This document shows positions 25,771 to 27,804 of a DNA stretch of 27,804 nt, one piece after another (positions within the stretch are counted from its first letter, which is position 1; each line of letters begins with the position of its first letter). The DNA is taken from positions 1 through 27,804 of IMG/VR virus record IMGVR_UViG_3300022666_000006. One strand, given 5' to 3'. Below the pieces are notes generated by a model. The model saw nothing but the letters and a program-made list of their open reading frames with translations. It was not told where the DNA came from and did not search any database. Made by a program: the position numbers and the translations under genes. The DNA is from a virus. Taxonomy: Duplodnaviria > Caudoviricetes.

Positions 25771-26359
25771 CTTCGTCTTCGATGAGGGGCGGCATGTTTA
25801 CACCCTTAATGGCGCAGATCTTCCCAGTGTTACCACCGTCATTGACAATGGCGTGCGGCCATACGCAGGAGTGCCGCGCGAACTCCTTGACCGCGCAGCC
25901 CGATTCGGAACAGCGATGCACCTGATGGTGAAATACTATCTCGCGGAAGAGTTGGACGAAGACAGCCTTGACCCGCCGCTGGCCGGATGCCTCCAGGGAT
26001 TCAAGACTTTCCAAGCCGAGCGGCCAGACATTTTTGAAGAGCAGCCGATCGTTGAGAAGCCCGGATACCACAAGCGGCTCAAATACGCAGGGACGCCTGA
26101 CCTTGATTTTCCGCGCATCGTAATCGACATCAAAAGCCGTGAGACGAACATGCTCACGGATGGGATGCAGACGGCAGCGTATGACCACATGACCGGCAAG
26201 GGCGACCGTGAGCGGTACGTTTTGGAGCTCCACCAGGACGGCAATTACAAACTGGTGCGACTTAATCCAACAAAGAAAAGCGGAGAATTGGCGTGGAGTC
26301 GCTTCCGCTACCTGCTGGACTATCACAACATGGGAGAGGAGATCAAAAGATGGAAATGA
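25763..26359 (+). CDS. PD-(D/E)XK exonuclease (Cas4/RecB-like phage family)
   Basis: F.E..H.Y..., PSVTT, GTAMH, YAGTPD....IDIKS and Q.AAY motifs. Confidence 0.82.
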   Translation: MSNFVFDEGRHVYTLNGADLPSVTTVIDNGVRPYAGVPRELLDRAARFGTAMHLMVKYYLAEELDEDSLDPPLAGCLQGFKTFQAERPDIFEEQPIVEKPGYHKRLKYAGTPDLDFPRIVIDIKSRETNMLTDGMQTAAYDHMTGKGDRERYVLELHQDGNYKLVRLNPTKKSGELAWSRFRYLLDYHNMGEEIKRWK

Positions 26360-27054
26360 ACACCGAACTGAAACTGGAAGAGGAATTTTCCGAAACGGCA
26401 CTCACGCTCTACGAGCAGGCATTATCGATCCAGGTTACCGACAAACCCACATACACGGCAGCCGGCGAGTTCGGGAAGTCCCTCAAGGAGTTGGAGAAGA
26501 AGATTATTGACTATTTCGCCCCCCTCAAGAAGGCCGCGCACGAGGCTCACAAGGCCATTACGAAACGGGAGGCTGACGAACTCTCCCCGGTGCGCGAGGC
26601 TATGGATTGCGTCCGCAAGTCGATGAACAGATACCTGGCCGACGTCGAAGATGCCCGACGCAAGGCTGAAGCCGCGGCGCAGAAGGCGGCAGAGGAAGAG
26701 GCCGAAAAGGAGCGCCAGCGCCTCCTGAGACAGGCGGAGAAGGCCGAGGCCAAGGGTAACGAGGAAAAGGTCGAGGAGCTACTGGAGAAGGCTGAGAACG
26801 TCTATGTCGCCCCGGTCACGGTGGCGCGAGACACGTCCGTCAAGACCGATACAGTGAGCCTATCGTCTGCAATGGAACTTGAGGTTGCAGTGAGTGACCT
26901 TCGGGCGTTCGTCGTTGGGTTGGTGCAAAAGAATCTCCCGCCAACCATGCTTGAGGTTAAACATGCCCCCCTAAAGGCATGGGTGAAAGCCAACGCGCTG
27001 ACCTCTTTCCCTGGGCTGGTTATCCGCGAGGTTCCGAAAGCGAGGATCAGATGA
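26350..27054 (+). CDS. Coiled-coil protein of the recombination module
   Basis: ATG 26350 after GGAGAGGAG; long A/E/K coiled coil ending in PGL.I.E, as in Gam/Gp157-like phage proteins. Confidence 0.55.
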   Translation: MEMNTELKLEEEFSETALTLYEQALSIQVTDKPTYTAAGEFGKSLKELEKKIIDYFAPLKKAAHEAHKAITKREADELSPVREAMDCVRKSMNRYLADVEDARRKAEAAAQKAAEEEAEKERQRLLRQAEKAEAKGNEEKVEELLEKAENVYVAPVTVARDTSVKTDTVSLSSAMELEVAVSDLRAFVVGLVQKNLPPTMLEVKHAPLKAWVKANALTSFPGLVIREVPKARIR

Positions 27055-27410
27055 CCAACGCCAACGAACAACTCTACCGCAAAACCACCCACGGAAGCCG
27101 GGTCCGCTATGTCCCCTATGACCCGAAAGAGGACGTACCCATTCCCCCGCCCGAGTTTTCGGACGAGGACATCATCACCCTCGGCACGACTGTCGGGACC
27201 ATAGTGCTGGTGCAACTCGAGCGGTATATCCCGGAGCACAAAAGGAACCATCGCAAGGTCAAAGCCGTTACGGATGCCCTGCTGGATCTGGCGCGGGGGC
27301 AGGGGAAGCCGGTCGACCGGGAACTGGCGGAGCACTGGATGGATGTCTGGAACGAAACGATGAGAAGGTTTCAGGATACGCTGGTCGAGCGGGCGGAATC
27401 GGTGCAGTAG
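27051..27410 (+). CDS. Hypothetical protein
   Basis: ATG 27051 (ATGA overlap, GAGGA RBS); LYRK....RY.P N-terminus. Confidence 0.6.
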   Translation: MTNANEQLYRKTTHGSRVRYVPYDPKEDVPIPPPEFSDEDIITLGTTVGTIVLVQLERYIPEHKRNHRKVKAVTDALLDLARGQGKPVDRELAEHWMDVWNETMRRFQDTLVERAESVQ

Positions 27411-27421
27411 TCAACCTCCAT

Positions 27422-27445
27422 GCGGGGCTTCGGCCCCGCCCTTTT
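27422..27445 (+). terminator. Intrinsic terminator-like hairpin with a UUCG tetraloop
   Basis: GCGGGGC-TTCG-GCCCCGC followed by CCTTTT. Confidence 0.7.
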
Positions 27446-27455
27446 AAGGGGAACC

Positions 27456-27804
27456 ATGAGATTCACCGAAGCAGAGTACGCCGCACTACAGGCCCGCCAG
27501 GGCGTTCAACCCGAACCGGGGAAGGTGTTTACCTGCGTCACCGAGCGCGAACCCCTGGAGGATGAGGAGCAGCGCACGGTGGCACGTTTCCTAGACTTGC
27601 TCGGCTTCCGCTGGTGCCATGTACCGAACGGTGGGAGCCGGAACAAGATTGAAGCGGCAAAATTGAAAGGGCTCGGGACCAAGCCGGGCGTTCCGGACCT
27701 GCTGGTCTTCGACTCTCCGCCCGGCAGCGAGTGGGTGGGCGTGGCGATTGAACTCAAGCGGGTCAAGGGCGGCAGGCTGTCGGACGAGCAGCGGGAGTGG
27801 CTGG
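27456..27804 (+). CDS. VRR-NUC domain nuclease (partial, runs off the window)
   Basis: Hand translation gives MRFTEAEY...E..EQ...HVPNGGSR.KIEAAKLKGLG.KPGVPDL....IELKRVKGGRLSDEQREWL. Confidence 0.85.
   Translation, partial: MRFTEAEYAALQARQGVQPEPGKVFTCVTEREPLEDEEQRTVARFLDLLGFRWCHVPNGGSRNKIEAAKLKGLGTKPGVPDLLVFDSPPGSEWVGVAIELKRVKGGRLSDEQREWL

Noticed and set aside
25763-26359. Cas4-like nuclease as evidence of a CRISPR system
   Set aside because: No array or other cas genes are present; the context is a standard phage recombination module.

Overview
This window is a contiguous piece of a GC-rich, BPP-1/epsilon15-type podovirus genome. From 1 to 21.8 kb a rightward late operon encodes the major capsid and a Bbp16-like cement protein, tail tubular proteins A and B, and the ejection proteins, including a 2399-aa polyvalent protein with PARP-like ADP-ribosyltransferase and HExxH peptidase motifs. 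It continues with a T7 gp17-type tail fibre, a lysis cassette (GH19 endolysin, several holin-like genes, Cys-rich microproteins) and a mosaic head-spike/fibre gene, and ends at a strong terminator. From 22.6 kb to the end, a lambda-like bidirectional control region (back-to-back sigma70 promoters, three TCAACT-N-AGTTGA operators) drives a rightward early operon: Ner/Cro-like regulator, excisionase, Bro-N protein, Zn-finger microproteins, recombination module and VRR-NUC nuclease. The most striking observation is the leftward gene in the cI position. It is a chimera: the start of an XRE-HTH repressor, whose frame is shifted at a G6 run, joined to a tyrosine integrase that has all catalytic residues but lacks most of its N-terminus. 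No intact repressor or obvious attP is visible. All family assignments come from recognising motifs by eye, not from database searches.
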